This document shows, piece after piece, positions 1 to 13,418 of a stretch of DNA of 64,000 nt. The notes below the pieces were generated by a model. The model was given only the letters and a program-made list of their open reading frames with translations, searched no databases and had not been told where the DNA came from. Made by a program: the position numbers and the translations under genes. Source of the stretch: Octopus sinensis. Its lineage: Eukaryota. Where the stretch lies: assembly GCF_006345805.1 (NCBI RefSeq), contig NC_042999.1, positions 29,326,001 through 29,390,000 on the forward strand, written 5' to 3'. Every line of letters starts with the position of its first letter. Positions within the stretch are counted from its first letter, which is position 1.

Positions 1-564
1 TTTGTGTTAACTTGTGAAACCCGAATTTGGAAATTAGCTATTTCATCTTTAAATATGAAAAATTAAATTTATTAGGTTTTTATTATATACAATTATTTAT
101 AGAGATTATTTTAGATCTTGATTATAATATTTATATATATATTTTCATTGATATTTTATATATATTAGTCATTTAAAATATTTATGTAATTAGATATAGA
201 CTAATCTTGATATTAGATTATGGGTTTCCTATCTTATAAATTAAAATTAATATTTAACATTATAGTCGATTTGGATATAATCACATTTGATAATAGAGTT
301 TATTATAAGTAAAATTATTATATTATATATATGTTATTTATATCTTAAAAATATTGATTATATTTTAGATATTTAAATCACCTGATGAATGACTGTAACT
401 CGAAAATTTAAAGAATTAAACAGCCATGAAACGATCGTAGTGTTATATTAATTATCTTTTTTAATAATTTTGTTATATATTTAAATAATATAAATTAAAT
501 AATCTTATGTATTTGCTTAAGTCTTTCATTGTATGATTTGCCTAATAGTGGTTTTCTCTCTAAT
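1..564 (+). mobile_element. Probable 3' end (pLTR region) of a PLE-related element, cut by the window start
   Basis: Very AT-rich stretch with the HHR, then a T-rich tail running into (TA)n. This is the same layout as the PLE ends at 27.76 kb and 50.0 kb. No coding remnant was recognised. Confidence 0.35.
377..444 (+). ncRNA. Type I hammerhead ribozyme, long stem II, minimal stem III with palindromic GATC loop
   Basis: Stem I CAC (379-381) pairs with GTG (440-442). Core CTGATGA is at 382-388. Stem II ATGACTGT (389-396) pairs with ACAGCCAT (420-427), 7 of 8 pairs. GAAAC is at 428-432, then GATC, then the cleavage triplet GTA at 437-439. Confidence 0.75.
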
Positions 565-567
565 ATT

Positions 568-610
<43 letters not shown>

Positions 611-612
611 TA
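565..612. repeat. (TA)n microsatellite
   Basis: Seen directly. Confidence 0.95.
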
Positions 613-660
613 CAAATATGAGAGAGAATCCACTATGTGAACGCTCTTACGCTAGATATA

Positions 661-873
661 GATCCACAAAGGGACTCAACCATTAAGAACTGTTCTCAAG
701 AAATAATTTAGCACACTAAGAACGTAAGCGGGCAGAACAAATGAAAAATAACAAAAAATATATTAATTAATCTATATTTTTGTTATTTTTCATTTGTCCT
801 GCCCGCGTACGTTCTTAGTGTGCTAAATCTTTTCTTGAGAACAATCTTTAGTGGTTGAGTCCCTTTGCGGATC
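661..873. repeat. Long inverted repeat (foldback), ~102 bp arms with a ~10 nt spacer
   Basis: GATCCACAAAGGGACTCAACC...AAATATA is mirrored by TATATTTTTG...GGTTGAGTCCCTTTGCGGATC. About ten mismatches or indels by eye. Confidence 0.95.
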
Positions 874-1804
874 GTCTTTCGTGAAATAAATCCTTATATT
901 CAAAATTCGATTTGTGAATTATCAAAGATTCATTTATATTTTGGATTTTCGACTTTCCATTTTAACTTTCCATAAATCTTTCCATAGCTAATACGGCTTT
1001 GATTACATGAAATCTAGCTAATTAGAGACTGAAACACCCATACTGATGACACATCAAGTATTCTAGGGTGTTTTAATCAGAAGTGCCAACAACGTAAGCT
1101 TGACACTAATTGAAAGATGTTTCGCTGGGCATGGTTATGCTGGGAACATAGTTCTAATTCCGAAAGTGAAAGGCGACTCATCAAGCAATATAGGAGATGA
1201 TTTTCCTGTGTGACAGGTCCAAATTAATTTAATGTTCCACTTATTTCATTTTATAGAGTATAATTTATCGATAATAATATGATATTCCTTGATGCACCCG
1301 AAAACAAAATTTAAGTTTTGAACATAATTCAGAAGGGAAATCACAAACAAGATAGAAGGAAAATGTGACCTGTAAGCATACGTGATATTTTAAGACTTGA
1401 GAAACTTTGAATTAGCAGTCATATTATAGAAATCAAGTCCAGCATCTGCTGGCGTATTGAGTTACGAATAATATGTGTTGTTTTTATTGTTTTGTCCTCA
1501 TTCTTCTGTTTTTTACTGTTTTTTCATTTTCTATTGTATTTTCTGTTTTCTTACCCTCTCCTGTTCATTTTACCAATTTCACCCTCCGCAAAATATCTCA
1601 AATTATATTTAATTTGCTTTGCGGGAAGGACTGTTTCAACGAATTCGCGTCTTATCCTTGCCTTCAGCACGTGCAGTAGTTGGAACAGGGATAACTGAAG
1701 AAGGGGGATATTATTTATGTTGTATGCCTCGTTTCTCTGTTTTTGTTTTTACGTTTTCGTTTCTCATTGTGTTCAACGCTTTTTTATGTCCTGTACCTAT
1801 TTAT

Positions 1805-1806
1805 GC

Positions 1807-1844
<38 letters not shown>

Positions 1845-1883
1845 GGTATGTACAATATATATGCATATATTGTATATATATAT

Positions 1884-1917
<34 letters not shown>

Positions 1918-1965
1918 AATATATATATATATATAATTATATATATATTATATATATATATACAT
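1805..1965. repeat. Interrupted (TA)n microsatellite
   Basis: Seen directly. The YIYI ORFs in the track come from it. Confidence 0.95.
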
Positions 1966-3452
1966 AAATACTGTTGTATCTGGGCAGATCATTCATTTTA
2001 GTGCCTTGTACTTGACACACTCATCGGTAAAATTTCCACTCATTCACTTTTTGTTTTCTAACGTTTTAGTTGCACCTTGCAAACTTTACAACTATTGAAA
2101 TTAATGTCCCTGACGATCGCATTGAACATCTGGAAGTAAAACTGTAGAGAAAAGCATCTTAGCTAGAAAGCAAATTCGAGATAGCTGATGACCATAGAAT
2201 CATGAGATAGTTTAAGATGTAGTTTAGGGTCCGGGGTGAAGACACATTATGAGATGTTGAGCAGAAGAGATATAAGTGTGTCACCGGTGGCCTATAATTA
2301 TGTACTCTGTGATGAGCAGAGGCAGTTATTGTAGTAGTAGAAGGATTATGTGATAACACGTGTTATTTGAGGTAAAGTTAGCTCTATGTCTAGCGACTTG
2401 TGTCACCATTGTTTTGTTGTTGTTAGAGATTTGTTGTTGTTAGAACAGGAAATCAGCAACGAGTGAAAAATACGTAAACACATAATGACACTTGCGTGAC
2501 AAAATACCAAAATAAGTCGTCGACTGTTAATTAACACCTAATTCGAGCTTTCAACGACAAGACAGGAAACCTTCATAAACCAGCAGCATCGAACGGACAA
2601 ACAATGACTGAGTGGACGTACAGAGAAAGTAATGGACAAAGACAAACGCTAACAGCCTTTAAGCGAACACACATTGTAATGGGTAATGCCTGGGAAAAGT
2701 TTGAAAGGATATAGAAGAAATAGAAGAAAATACTAGAAGAGAAAAGAAGAAATAAATGTAGGGAGGCGAGCAGAATGCCGTCCAGCAAAGTTTGAGTGGG
2801 AGCAAATAGATACAGGAGAAGGGACACGGACCACACACAGGCACACATATTTATTTACGCTAATCTTTATATCCAACTTAACATGGATGTCTCGATAAAA
2901 CACCAAGTTCTGCGTTTATAGCCTTGGGTGGCACTCTCATATAGGCCTTTGATGCAAAATATCACGCACACAGACTGTAGCAGACGAACATCATTAGTGA
3001 AAGGCTTGGCAATACCTATGATTTCATGCCACTGAAGCCGATGAGTGGGTACAGTTACCGCTTCTGTGTGATACGACGGAGGCAGTATCAATAAGAAAAG
3101 CTTATCTTTATATACAAGTAAATATTGTTCACTTGTTAGAACACCAGATATATATACTGCATTAGTAGTCTTGAGAGATCCTCTCCTAAAGCGCGGAGTG
3201 CAGGAAAGCAAATACGGAGATCGCAGCAGAGAAGAATCTACTGTCATACGTGCCGGAATATTATTATCAACTGATATCAAAACCGGATCTATGTAGATAT
3301 TAGAGCGTCCACAATCACGATTTCCCTCTGTATCAACCTCAGTGACTTATTACATGTAAACACACACACATACATCTATATAGATAAATAGGTAGGTATA
3401 TTATCTAAATATGCATCTATATATGTACATGTGAGCGCGCGCTCACGCGTAT

Positions 3453-3494
<42 letters not shown>

Positions 3495-3504
3495 CACGCA
3501 CATG

Positions 3505-3559
<55 letters not shown>

Positions 3560-3887
3560 TATATACATAATTATTTGTGTGTGTGTGTGGAGTTGATTGC
3601 ATTTATGAAAGGTCGAGAGACTCTCCTTAAAATTAATATGGTAAGTATATCTTAAATCAGTTACGCTTATTTTGACTTAAGGCAACAGTAGTTTGAGTTT
3701 TTAAGTACTCATTTTGCATCCTAATCAACTTTCGTTTCGTTCCACGCATGGTTGACTTGAGCTTTTTGTTTAAATTGACACACTGAAAATCGATTTACGC
3801 TGTATATTTTTTATGCAAATGAATTCTACAGACTAATACGTTTTTACTCCATTCTTCTCAATTCAGCAAATAATTTCTTCTTGTTCT

Positions 3888-3889
3888 TT

Positions 3890-3925
<36 letters not shown>

Positions 3926-4160
3926 TTCTTCATCTTCTTCTTCTTCTTCTTCTTCTTCTTCTTCTTCTTCTTCTTCTTCTTCTTCTTCTTCTTCTTCTTC
4001 TTCTTCTTCTTCTTCTTCTTCTTCTTCTTCTTCTTCTTCTCCTTCTCCACCTCATCTTGCCCTTCTCCATCTTCACCTACATCATCATCAACATCACCAT
4101 CATTTCTTTCTCCTTCTTCTTATTTTTCTTCATCTTCATCATCTCTTTCTTCTTCCCCTT
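3888..4160. repeat. Compound (ATC)n-(TTC)n array with a degenerate pyrimidine tail
   Basis: Seen directly. It explains the poly-K and poly-F ORFs. Confidence 0.95.
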
Positions 4161-4603
4161 CTACTTCTTCACCTCCAATGTGCCCCGTCCTTTACGATGT
4201 GCGCGCCTGTATACATAATTTGTAAAATAGTTTAACGTATTATCAAATAAATTACAAATCTCAGTTGAGTAATAGGTTTCCTAACAGACATACATTCACA
4301 ATATATCCGTGCGCTTTCACAGTAACTTCCTTTCTTGAGACATCATAATGATTAGCATTCTATATACATCTCTCCCGAATTTAATCTGATAGACAGATGA
4401 CTTAAATTGGAAGCCTTTGGGTGTCTACGTCATAAACTGTGAAGCTTAAAGAATGATTTTCCTAGATCCTGATGTTATGTGATGCAAATGCCTTAGTAAA
4501 TGTCTCTTTCAACTGCCAAGAAAATTCTAGTTGGTAATATAAATATTACCTCATTTAGAAAAGGGTAATGGAAATATATTAATATAAAGGTGGAATATCA
4601 GAT

Positions 4604-4833
4604 AAGGCGACGAGCTGGCAGAACCGTTAGCACGCTGGACGAAATGTTTGGCGGCATTTCGTCTGCCGTTACGTTCTGAGTCCAAATTCTGTCGAGGCCG
4701 ACTTTGACATTCATCCTTTCGGGGTCGATAAATTAAGTACCAGATACGCACTGGGTCGATGCAATTGACTTAATCCGTTTGTTTGTCCTTGTTTGACCCC
4801 TCTGTGTTTAGCCCCTTGTGGGTAGTAAAAAAT
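4604..4833 (+). mobile_element. tRNA-derived SINE, family A (Meta-domain-like core), with a 16 bp TSD
   Basis: A-box-like TGGCAGAACCG and B-box-like GTCCAAATTC, core CATCCTTTCGGGGTCGATAAATTAAGTACCAG. The perfect direct repeat AGGTGGAATATCAGAT is at 4588-4603 and 4834-4849. The Meta-SINE assignment is from memory of the consensus and is unverified. Confidence 0.85.
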
Positions 4834-5160
4834 AGGTGGAATATCAGATGCTTCATATTAAAGCTGGTAACATCATAATTGAAGCCTTGCCTTCCCAAGC
4901 ATCTGCATGCGGCGTCATGTTCTCCAGGCGTTCTCTACAACAGTTACTTGTTCACCGCTTGTGTTTGACTGGAATTCAATGTAGGTGTAAAAAATAGTTA
5001 TGTTGGTGATTCTTCATTTCACATTCGCCAGGAAAAAAACCAGCATTTTTCAATACGATTGACAAAATATTCTATTACGTGACAATGCAAGGCGTAGCCC
5101 CATTACGCATATAAGTGTATATATATTATTTGTCCAGAATTGTATATACATACATACAAT

Positions 5161-5219
<59 letters not shown>

Positions 5220-5224
5220 ATTGC

Positions 5225-5765
5225 CTCATCTTGAGAGTTGATAGCCGTCCCATCAACACACACACCACGTCCCATCACACAGTGCTATCACTCCGTTGAT
5301 GATCCCTTAGACGACTTTCAAACTAGTTGCTGGCTGACAGGGCTTAAAACACAGGTGACGTATTATTCCAGATTCTTCTATCTCTCTGACATTTCAAATC
5401 TGATCCTGAAGGAATGATTTGGTTAATTGCATATGACTTTTTAAGTCCATATATTGTCTTACACGTTTTTGTGACATATGATACAAGTCATAAGAAAGGG
5501 TTGGCGTCCAAGATCATTACCTATCTAGGCATTACGATTTTCAAGTGACTTCATATGATTCACATATCCTGGTTTTGACAACAGAACACGCTCATATATA
5601 ATACACATCCAATGTTCACTGTAGATTACAGTTCCAATTCTTCCTTTGCGACAGACCCTTTGAATTAATGGTGCTGATTCGTCCTTTCTTCCCAGGCTTT
5701 ACAACCAGCCCTGACAGCACCTCTCCGCTCGTTCCGATCTAGAGCACCATTTCCCTCTTCATATT
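5225..5765 (-). mobile_element. Degenerate 3' end of an RTE-like LINE with C2H2 finger remnants
   Basis: The minus strand gives [20 protein letters not shown] (an A.DR..WR..V..G-type motif). It is followed by CIIYERVLLSKPGYVNHMKS and a frameshifted CxxC...GLKSHM finger. Flanked by (TA)n. Confidence 0.55.
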
Positions 5766-5804
5766 TGTTGGTATCTAATTTCTTCAGGTTTTGCTTCACA
5801 CACA

Positions 5805-5806
<2 letters not shown>

Positions 5807-5885
<79 letters not shown>

Positions 5886-5893
5886 TATATGCT

Positions 5894-5924
<31 letters not shown>

Positions 5925-5938
5925 GCATATATACATAC

Positions 5939-6025
<87 letters not shown>
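5807..6025. repeat. (TA)n microsatellite
   Basis: Seen directly. Confidence 0.95.
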
Positions 6026-6030
<5 letters not shown>

Positions 6031-6464
6031 GGTGGGTATGTATGCATTTGAATATGAATATATGAATATATAGGCACTTGTGAGTTTGTGAGGTAAGAAT
6101 GTTGCTTCCAAATCAGATGCTTCTAGATTTAGTAACACTGCGTGATATCTTGGGCATATTTTCTACTATAGCCTCGTTCTGACCAAGACATTTTCTCATT
6201 AAAAAAGGGACATTTTCGTATGACGCCGACAGAAAATGTTTACGGAGCAATTGTTTTCACCTCAATAGACGTCATTGATTGTTTGAAATTGCCGAAATTC
6301 AAGAAATTAAACAATAAATATGTTACAAACTGCAGACTTTTCTCAAGAAACCCAAGAGAAAAGCAGGTTTTATAAACACATTCTACTAGTATTCGAAGTT
6401 TAAATTTTTTTAGTTACTTAGAATTTATTTTAAAAATCTGCCGGTCAAATTGAAATGTTCTTAC

Positions 6465-6469
6465 GTATG

Positions 6470-6501
<32 letters not shown>

Positions 6502-6595
6502 GTGTGTGTGTGGTGTGTGTTTGTTGTGTGGTGTGTGTTTGTGTGTATGTGTGTGTGTGTGGAAGAGATATGTAGATAGTAGCTAGCTAGCTGCT

Positions 6596-6658
<63 letters not shown>

Positions 6659-6770
6659 TATATATATATAGATAGATAGATAGATAGTAGATAGATAGAT
6701 AGATAGTAGATAGATAGATAGATAGATAGGTAGATAGATAAATAGACAGATAGGTAGAGATAGATATATA
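6465..6770. repeat. Compound (TG)n / (TA)n / (TAGA)n arrays
   Basis: Seen directly. Confidence 0.95.
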
Positions 6771-7456
6771 TGCACTCCTACGATTAGATTTCGTTGACAT
6801 TCCGTCACCAATATTTCACTGAAAGCATTAGTCCAACCAATTCTGAAGAAGACTAACGCCCAAACCTTAACCAATGACACTATGCAAAATGAGGTGAGTT
6901 TGAAAGAGATTTCTTAGCGACATAGTTACGAATTTTTAACGATTTCTTCCCGAAGTTGCGACAAATGATACACTTGAACATTACGTGTATAGTATTTTCA
7001 AATCTATAGTGAAGAAATCTAGAAATATGCTTCTGCAAATGTGGTTATTGCTTTGTTGAACATATTTTTACATTCCTAAAAGAATATTTTTGCGCAATAT
7101 TATTTTTGAATGTTTAAACATTTTCATTCTTTTTCTGAGTTAAAACTCAGAAAAAAGTTTTCAATTCTCTTACGTCAGAGAGAAGTCCTTTAAAGTAAGA
7201 AAAATATTTACATAGATATCCTCAGAATATGTGTGAGTGTCATTGCGTTTCTGCATGTTTGTGTGTGTGTGTGTGTGTGTTTGTATGTGCGTGTGTGTAT
7301 GTGTGTATGCGTAAGAGAAAGATAGTCTGTCTGTGTGTGTGTGTGTGTGTGTGTGGGCTCGCGTGTCTATCAGTTCCCATAGGAAAATAACACTGCAGGT
7401 TTATGCTTCTTGTTGTAAGTACTTATTCTAAAAATTTATATATCTATCATGCACGC

Positions 7457-7498
<42 letters not shown>

Positions 7499-7506
7499 TA
7501 TGTATG

Positions 7507-7537
<31 letters not shown>

Positions 7538-7837
7538 CGTGTGTGTGTGTGTTTGTGTGGGTATATTTGTGTATGTATATTCATAGTAAGAGTATATGTA
7601 CATAAATTTCTATGGTTGTATATATGCACGAATGGTTTTTGCAACTGGACAACTTCAAGAACAGAAATGCCCGATTCATCTTACCATCAACAAGTGTGAA
7701 GAAATTGTTCATAGATTTGCTTCTCTCTTCTCGATAAAATAATCGCTGAATAAGTATTTGAACCACTGACATAGAACTTAGAAATGCATGTGGTTATGCG
7801 CCTATACGCAAGTGCCGATTATATAAAGCTATATATA

Positions 7838-8064
7838 TATATTTCTTTATTGCCCGCAGGGGGTTAACAACAAAGGGGACAAACAAAGGGTTTAAGTCGA
7901 TTATATCGACTTCAGTGCGTAACTGGTACTTATTTAATCGACCCCGAAAGGATGAATGGCAAAGTAGACCTCGGCGGAATTCGAACTCAAAACATAACGG
8001 CAGACGAAATACCGCTGAGCATTTCGCCCAGTGTGGTAACGATTCTGCCAGCTCACCACCTTAA
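7838..8064 (-). mobile_element. tRNA-derived SINE, family A, with a 16 bp TSD (1 mismatch)
   Basis: Reverse complement of the 4604 family. ATATAAAGCTATATAT is at 7821-7836 and ATATAAAGTTATATAT at 8066-8081. Confidence 0.85.
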
Positions 8065-9409
8065 CATATAAAGTTATATATGACCTAATTCACACTCACT
8101 AATTTATACATGTATACACGCACACAAGTATATATGTATACATATATACTTATATATATATATACGCACATATATATGCGATAGCGTGCATATATTTGGC
8201 GACTTTATAACAAGAAAACGTAGCACTTACTGATATTCTCGTTATTATATGCATTTATAAATGTTTTAATTCAGGTCCACACCCTTCATTTCTGTGGATG
8301 TAGAATGATTCAATGTCCTCTCATGATATGTTGATGGCCAGTATGGAAAGTACCTGTTTATGACTTCTTGCGAGCTTTTACTCGTCTACTCGTCAGTCTG
8401 TGTCACGAGTTCTTTTTCAAGCAATCACTGGTATGTTAGTTGCTAGACTGCCAGAAACACATCTTAAAGTAAACAGGTCTTGAGTATTAGTGGTCAGGAT
8501 ACCCGTTGCTTTTGCAATGAAGAACACCAAGGCATATATTTGTATAACCCGGTTTATAGCAGCCAAAAGATTCAAATTCTTTGAAATGATATACACATGC
8601 GTTTGACGCTAAAACAGTCTGGTTTTCATTCATGGTATAAAACTTCTTGCAAAATATGAATGTGGCAAACAGTATACCCATTAAGAAGCAAGTGGAATTC
8701 ATTGACCCGATGTTAACGTAAATGAACTGATAATGAATGCATCAGCTTAAACCAAGCAGACCGCTCACATACTGGGACAGACTCGCACACGCACATACAC
8801 ACACACGCACACACGCACACACACACACACGCACGCACACATGCATGTACGCTCGAAAGCACACATTTGCGCGCATACAAACATACATATATGCCTGTTT
8901 TTTCCTACTAGGTTTCTTTCTTGTGTGTTTATGTTTATGTGTGATTATAAGTTTACAAAACTGGAAGTAATTAATCCGTTGTAAATTAGATTATGTTAGC
9001 ATATTACAAGAACTAGATGGAAGCAGACAAAAGCACTATACGAAGCATAACTCTCATGATGGTACTTACAATATTAGAATTAAAACTCTTGAGATGTTTA
9101 ATAATACCATATGTTTCTAAGAATTTGAAAAAGTGTGAATAGAATAACAACAGTAACTTCATTAGTTTGATGGCGGTATATATCTGCATTTTAATATTCG
9201 TGTAATTGTTTTGTGCTTGTGTTGCTACATTTGATAAGAAAAGTTTGCAATGTGACATCGTTTGTGTTTATCTGATTAGTAAAATTAGTTATCGACGTTG
9301 AAATGCAGAGTACGTTTCTGAAGTCAAAAGCGAAAAATGGTCGTTGGAATTATGTTAGAACCGAAATGATGACAGAATTGTATAGATCGAGAATCTTACT
9401 ATATGATAT

Positions 9410-9508
9410 GTATATGTACATTATATATATGTATATATATATATATATATTGTGTGTGTGTGTGTGTGTGTATATGCGTATATATATGTATATGCATATA
9501 TATATGTG

Positions 9509-9599
<91 letters not shown>

Positions 9600-9664
9600 T
9601 GTGTGTGTGTGTGTGTATATGCGTATATATATGTATATGCATATATATATATGTGTATATATAT

Positions 9665-9724
<60 letters not shown>

Positions 9725-9770
9725 TATTGTGTGTGTGTGTGGTGTGTGTGTGTGTGTGTGTGTGTGTGTA
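9410..9770. repeat. Compound (TA)n/(TG)n array with an internal higher-order duplication
   Basis: The block (TG)n-TATATGCGTATATATATGTATATGCATATATA occurs twice, near 9470 and near 9616. Confidence 0.9.
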
Positions 9771-11469
9771 TTTAAGTATAAAGTGACCTCTGTCAGAAAA
9801 AGCTGATAGTAGATTGAACGCCTCGGTTCAGTAAAACGTCTGGAATAAAGATTGAGAAAAATTTTGATTGATAACGAAAATATCTCACAAAGGAAACTTT
9901 TGTTCGATAAAGAAGATTTACAGTTCAGCAAGCTAAAAGTTAGTTATCTATTAATGTCTATCGCAAGATATGCTTTTCCAAAATGTCTGAAACAAATGAA
10001 TACGAGAAAGATATTGGAATTCGGAAATTGTACTTTACGACCTTCAAGTGTACACTTGATTAAGATGGTTATATCCTGTGTAAAGATATTCTGTGATATG
10101 TGGTTCACATACATTTGAATCAAGGCAATAATTCTTGGCTATTGTTCTTGAGGGGCAAGAGGAAGTATCAATCACAAGGGAGGATCACATATCAACCAGA
10201 ATTGAGGAATATCCAAACATGATCGGGTAACTCGAATGCATAAACCTGGAAAGTTCAGCATATTAACAGGTACCACGGAAATGTTTATAAACAAAGTCTT
10301 CACTGGTATACATAAAGGAAAATAGTGGCTTAAAACAGTATTATGAACGTAGCATGATTGGGAGGCATGGTGCATCACATTCCAAGACACTTACACTCAT
10401 CCACGAACTCAAAAAGCGCAATCCTTGCGGGAAATTTGAAACAAAACCTTCGTGAAATATGCTTATTTAATCATCTCAAAATCTTGCATTCCGCAATAAT
10501 ATAGCTTGTAAGTAATGGCTTGCGAAGATGCAACGGTTACCTTAAAGTCAAGAAAAACAAAAAATATTCACTTTTGTGAACGTAAGAATGTCCCCCGCTT
10601 AAAATTATCTACAATCCATATATAATATTTTCAATCAACAAATGAGGATTTTCTAGCATTGAACAAAACATTTGTTTTCAAAGAGACTTAAATGATTAGA
10701 AAAAGTCAGGGATATTAGTAATGTAATATTTGAGTGGAAAGGTAGAGCTGCTATTGACGTGTATATCAATATAATCCGAGTTGAACGTATGACAATATTT
10801 GATGTGGATATTGAGGTAACACAGAAAAACATTAGGAAAATCCGTCGGCCAAATTTGCATATTTAAGATTTTAATTTTAATTTCTTTAAATACAAAAACA
10901 GAAATATATTGAACTGATTTCATATTCTTTAACTTACATTTCAGCTCTGATAACTGGCCGAACAAAACTTGTCATTGATCTCCTTACAGAACCTATGGTT
11001 CATTGAAACTTTTTGTTAAATGATAGTCGTTATTTGTTGACCATCAGTTGTAACTGAAATCGTTGCAGTATTCTCTGAATTTTCCGTTTCGCATTGTACA
11101 ATATTTTATTCTTTTAGTTTCAAGTCAAAGGTGTAATACTGAAGTGTTTTGTGAGTTAATTTATGGACATTTTAAATTTCTTCAGTTTAAAATAAAAAGC
11201 ATATATATTTTCCAACAAACTAAATTTTGCGTAGGTTTCTCTTTATACTAACACATACTTATTTACCAGTAATTCCCAAAACAATTCCGTTGTCAATGAA
11301 ACAATACTTTTCAGTAAATAAAATGTCTCTAAATCTCATGTATTTGAAACTTGTGTGCTTTATATACTGCAAGTTAGGAACACACACATAGTGTACTTAC
11401 ATCATAAAGCAGATTCGCGTAAAGAAGTGAAATTCTGAAAAATATTTTTAAAAAATCAAAATATGACTT

Positions 11470-12789
11470 GAATTACCCACTACAATTTGACCAAGTTCCC
11501 ATTTGCCAATTTGGGAGGTATAGGCGAAACCTCTCCTAGGGTTCGAAATGCCTGAGCAGGTTAGTGAAGCGTTTGCACCCTCAACGTCCTGCCTGCTATT
11601 TCTTCATAATGTATCCTTGTGTCTCAGATTTCAGTTAACACAAATGAGCGAGATATTCCAAACAGAATTTGTAGCCGTCTAAAGAGATTCGCCCCCTCCA
11701 GCTACTCACCGGGCATATACTGTCACTAGTCTGAAGGCTCACCCGTTTCTGCGTGCGTCCAACCGGTCTAGGAAAACCTTATTCATCTTCAAATGAAAGA
11801 CTTTCCGAAACGCACTTTGATTCAGGCCAACCGGAGGAAGATTAAACCTCGTAGTCATCCAAAAGAATTGTAAGCGATTACATTTCGGAAATCGTAATTT
11901 CATTAGTAGCAACTGCATAAAGCCGTAGTGAACTGAATTGGTTGTTATATTTCTTGCCCATAAACGTTCAGGATTAATCGGAACATATGTATCGTTACCC
12001 ACTCTCCATCTTTTCACTTTTGTGTACCGGTTTATGATCATCCACTCAAAAGGATTTGTCTCATCCGATACCTCTTCTGTATCAGAAGAGTCTGTAGGAT
12101 TTCCGAAGGCCATATTTCTTCTCTGCTCTTGTATTTGATGTCGTGATTGCCACTGCTTTCCTCTTTGTGATTGGGAATATAAGAGGCGCGTGTGGAACGT
12201 ATCTCATCTTCTTTAGAGTAGGGCAGGAAATGTTTCGTGACCAGATTTGCGACAGATATAACATCTGGGTTTCATATTCTCAACGATCACTCGCATTTGA
12301 TCGCACTCTCTGAAGCAGAAAAGTTCGGGAAAGCAAAGTTTTCTTCCGGAACCACCAAACTGGGAGCTCCGCTGATGCTTTAGTTCTCCTCCCCTTGTCG
12401 GATGAATAGTATGCTTATTATCTGTCCGTTCTCCTCTACGTACTTTGGCCTGGTCCTCAAGAGGAGGAACATCTTAGAACCTGACCTTTGTCACACGTCA
12501 CCATATGTATAAGTGGAGCATCACGTACTGGTTAGAATAGCGGGTTATAGTAGCCATCATGCGCGCTTCCTGTTCGTTGTTACCTAGGTACCATACAGGC
12601 TACCTTGACAGCTATACACTAAAGAAGACCGAAGACATTCGAGACATCTTCCCGTTTCAACTGAGGTAGGGTTACGTAGTTTTCTCTTTCTGCAATTAAT
12701 TCTTCTGTAAGATATCGTTGTATTTTCAGTGAAAATCCTTTCCTCTTCCGGGAGTGGTATAACACAGGGTTGAAAGATATATTTCAGAT

Positions 12790-12790
<1 letters not shown>
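11470..12790 (-). mobile_element. Degenerate 5' part of an L1/Tx1-like LINE: ORF1 zinc knuckle plus ORF2 APE endonuclease
   Basis: Minus strand: RVIVENMKPRCYICRKSGH, then a frameshift to RNISCP (CCHC knuckle, ~12.23-12.28 kb). Downstream are APE-like pieces SSLRLYAVATNE..LLDDYEV.SSSG, FRLVTVYA and NPRRGFAYT. Many stops. Confidence 0.55.
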
Positions 12791-12930
<140 letters not shown>

Positions 12931-13301
12931 ATGTCCCTCAAGATAAAATGTTCTCAATGAAAGAATACGAAATCTTTCTCACAATAAGGATCTGCAAATT
13001 AAAATCACATAAATGCGGAAGCGTAGTATAACGATAATACCAGCAGTAATTAGTGCGCTGGGAATTATAAAGAAGAGAGCTGAAAAACATACTTAGCAAC
13101 ACCTTGGTAACTGCAATCTCCGTGAACTACAAAAGATAACCTTGTTGGGTACAGCTCATATACTACGAGAATCACTCCGTGGTGATAATTTTATCATGCA
13201 TTGTAAAACAAAGGTGCCCCTGCTACTCTTGGCCTCCGCACGATGCCCGGTACCAATGCAGCTGATATTAAGTGAAGAAATTATTTAAATGAAAAATAAC
13301 C
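12931..13301 (+). mobile_element. 5'-truncated 3' end of an R4/Dong-like LINE with an (AAT)n tail
   Basis: Translates as IIPAVISALGIIKK...LQKITLLGTAHILRESL, matching the C-terminus of the 57.7 kb element. A 3' UTR follows, then (AAT)n at 13302-13417. Confidence 0.8.
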
Positions 13302-13336
<35 letters not shown>

Positions 13337-13418
13337 AATTATAATAATAATAATTATTATTATTATAATTATAATTATAATAATAATGAAAATAAAAATA
13401 ATAGTAATAATAATAATA

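Noticed and set aside
2105-2140. GTCC-CTGACGA-TCGCATT-GAACATCT-GGA, resembling a decayed minimal HHR
   Set aside because: No GAAA, no stem II and a broken palindrome. It needs several assumed mutations.
2160-3300. Higher-complexity block with ORFs of 91-137 aa, possibly a TE remnant
   Set aside because: No recognisable domain motif in any frame I read.
3431-3446. Perfect 16 bp palindrome GTGAGCGCGCGCTCAC
   Set aside because: Built on a (CG)n run inside simple repeats.
6838-6872. CTGAAGA-A-GAC-TAAC-GCC-CAAAC-CTTA, similar to a minimal PLE HHR
   Set aside because: Three mismatches at conserved positions and a poor stem I. At best a dead relic.
7130-7155. 12 bp-arm palindrome TTTTTCTGAGTT-AA-AACTCAGAAAAA
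   Set aside because: Short and AT-rich, with no supporting context.
8487-8702. 71 aa Cys-containing ORF with a hydrophobic N-terminus; the opposite strand has a faint GPCR-like look
   Set aside because: No family motif. The plus frame has a stop density near random, and there is no consistent splice structure.
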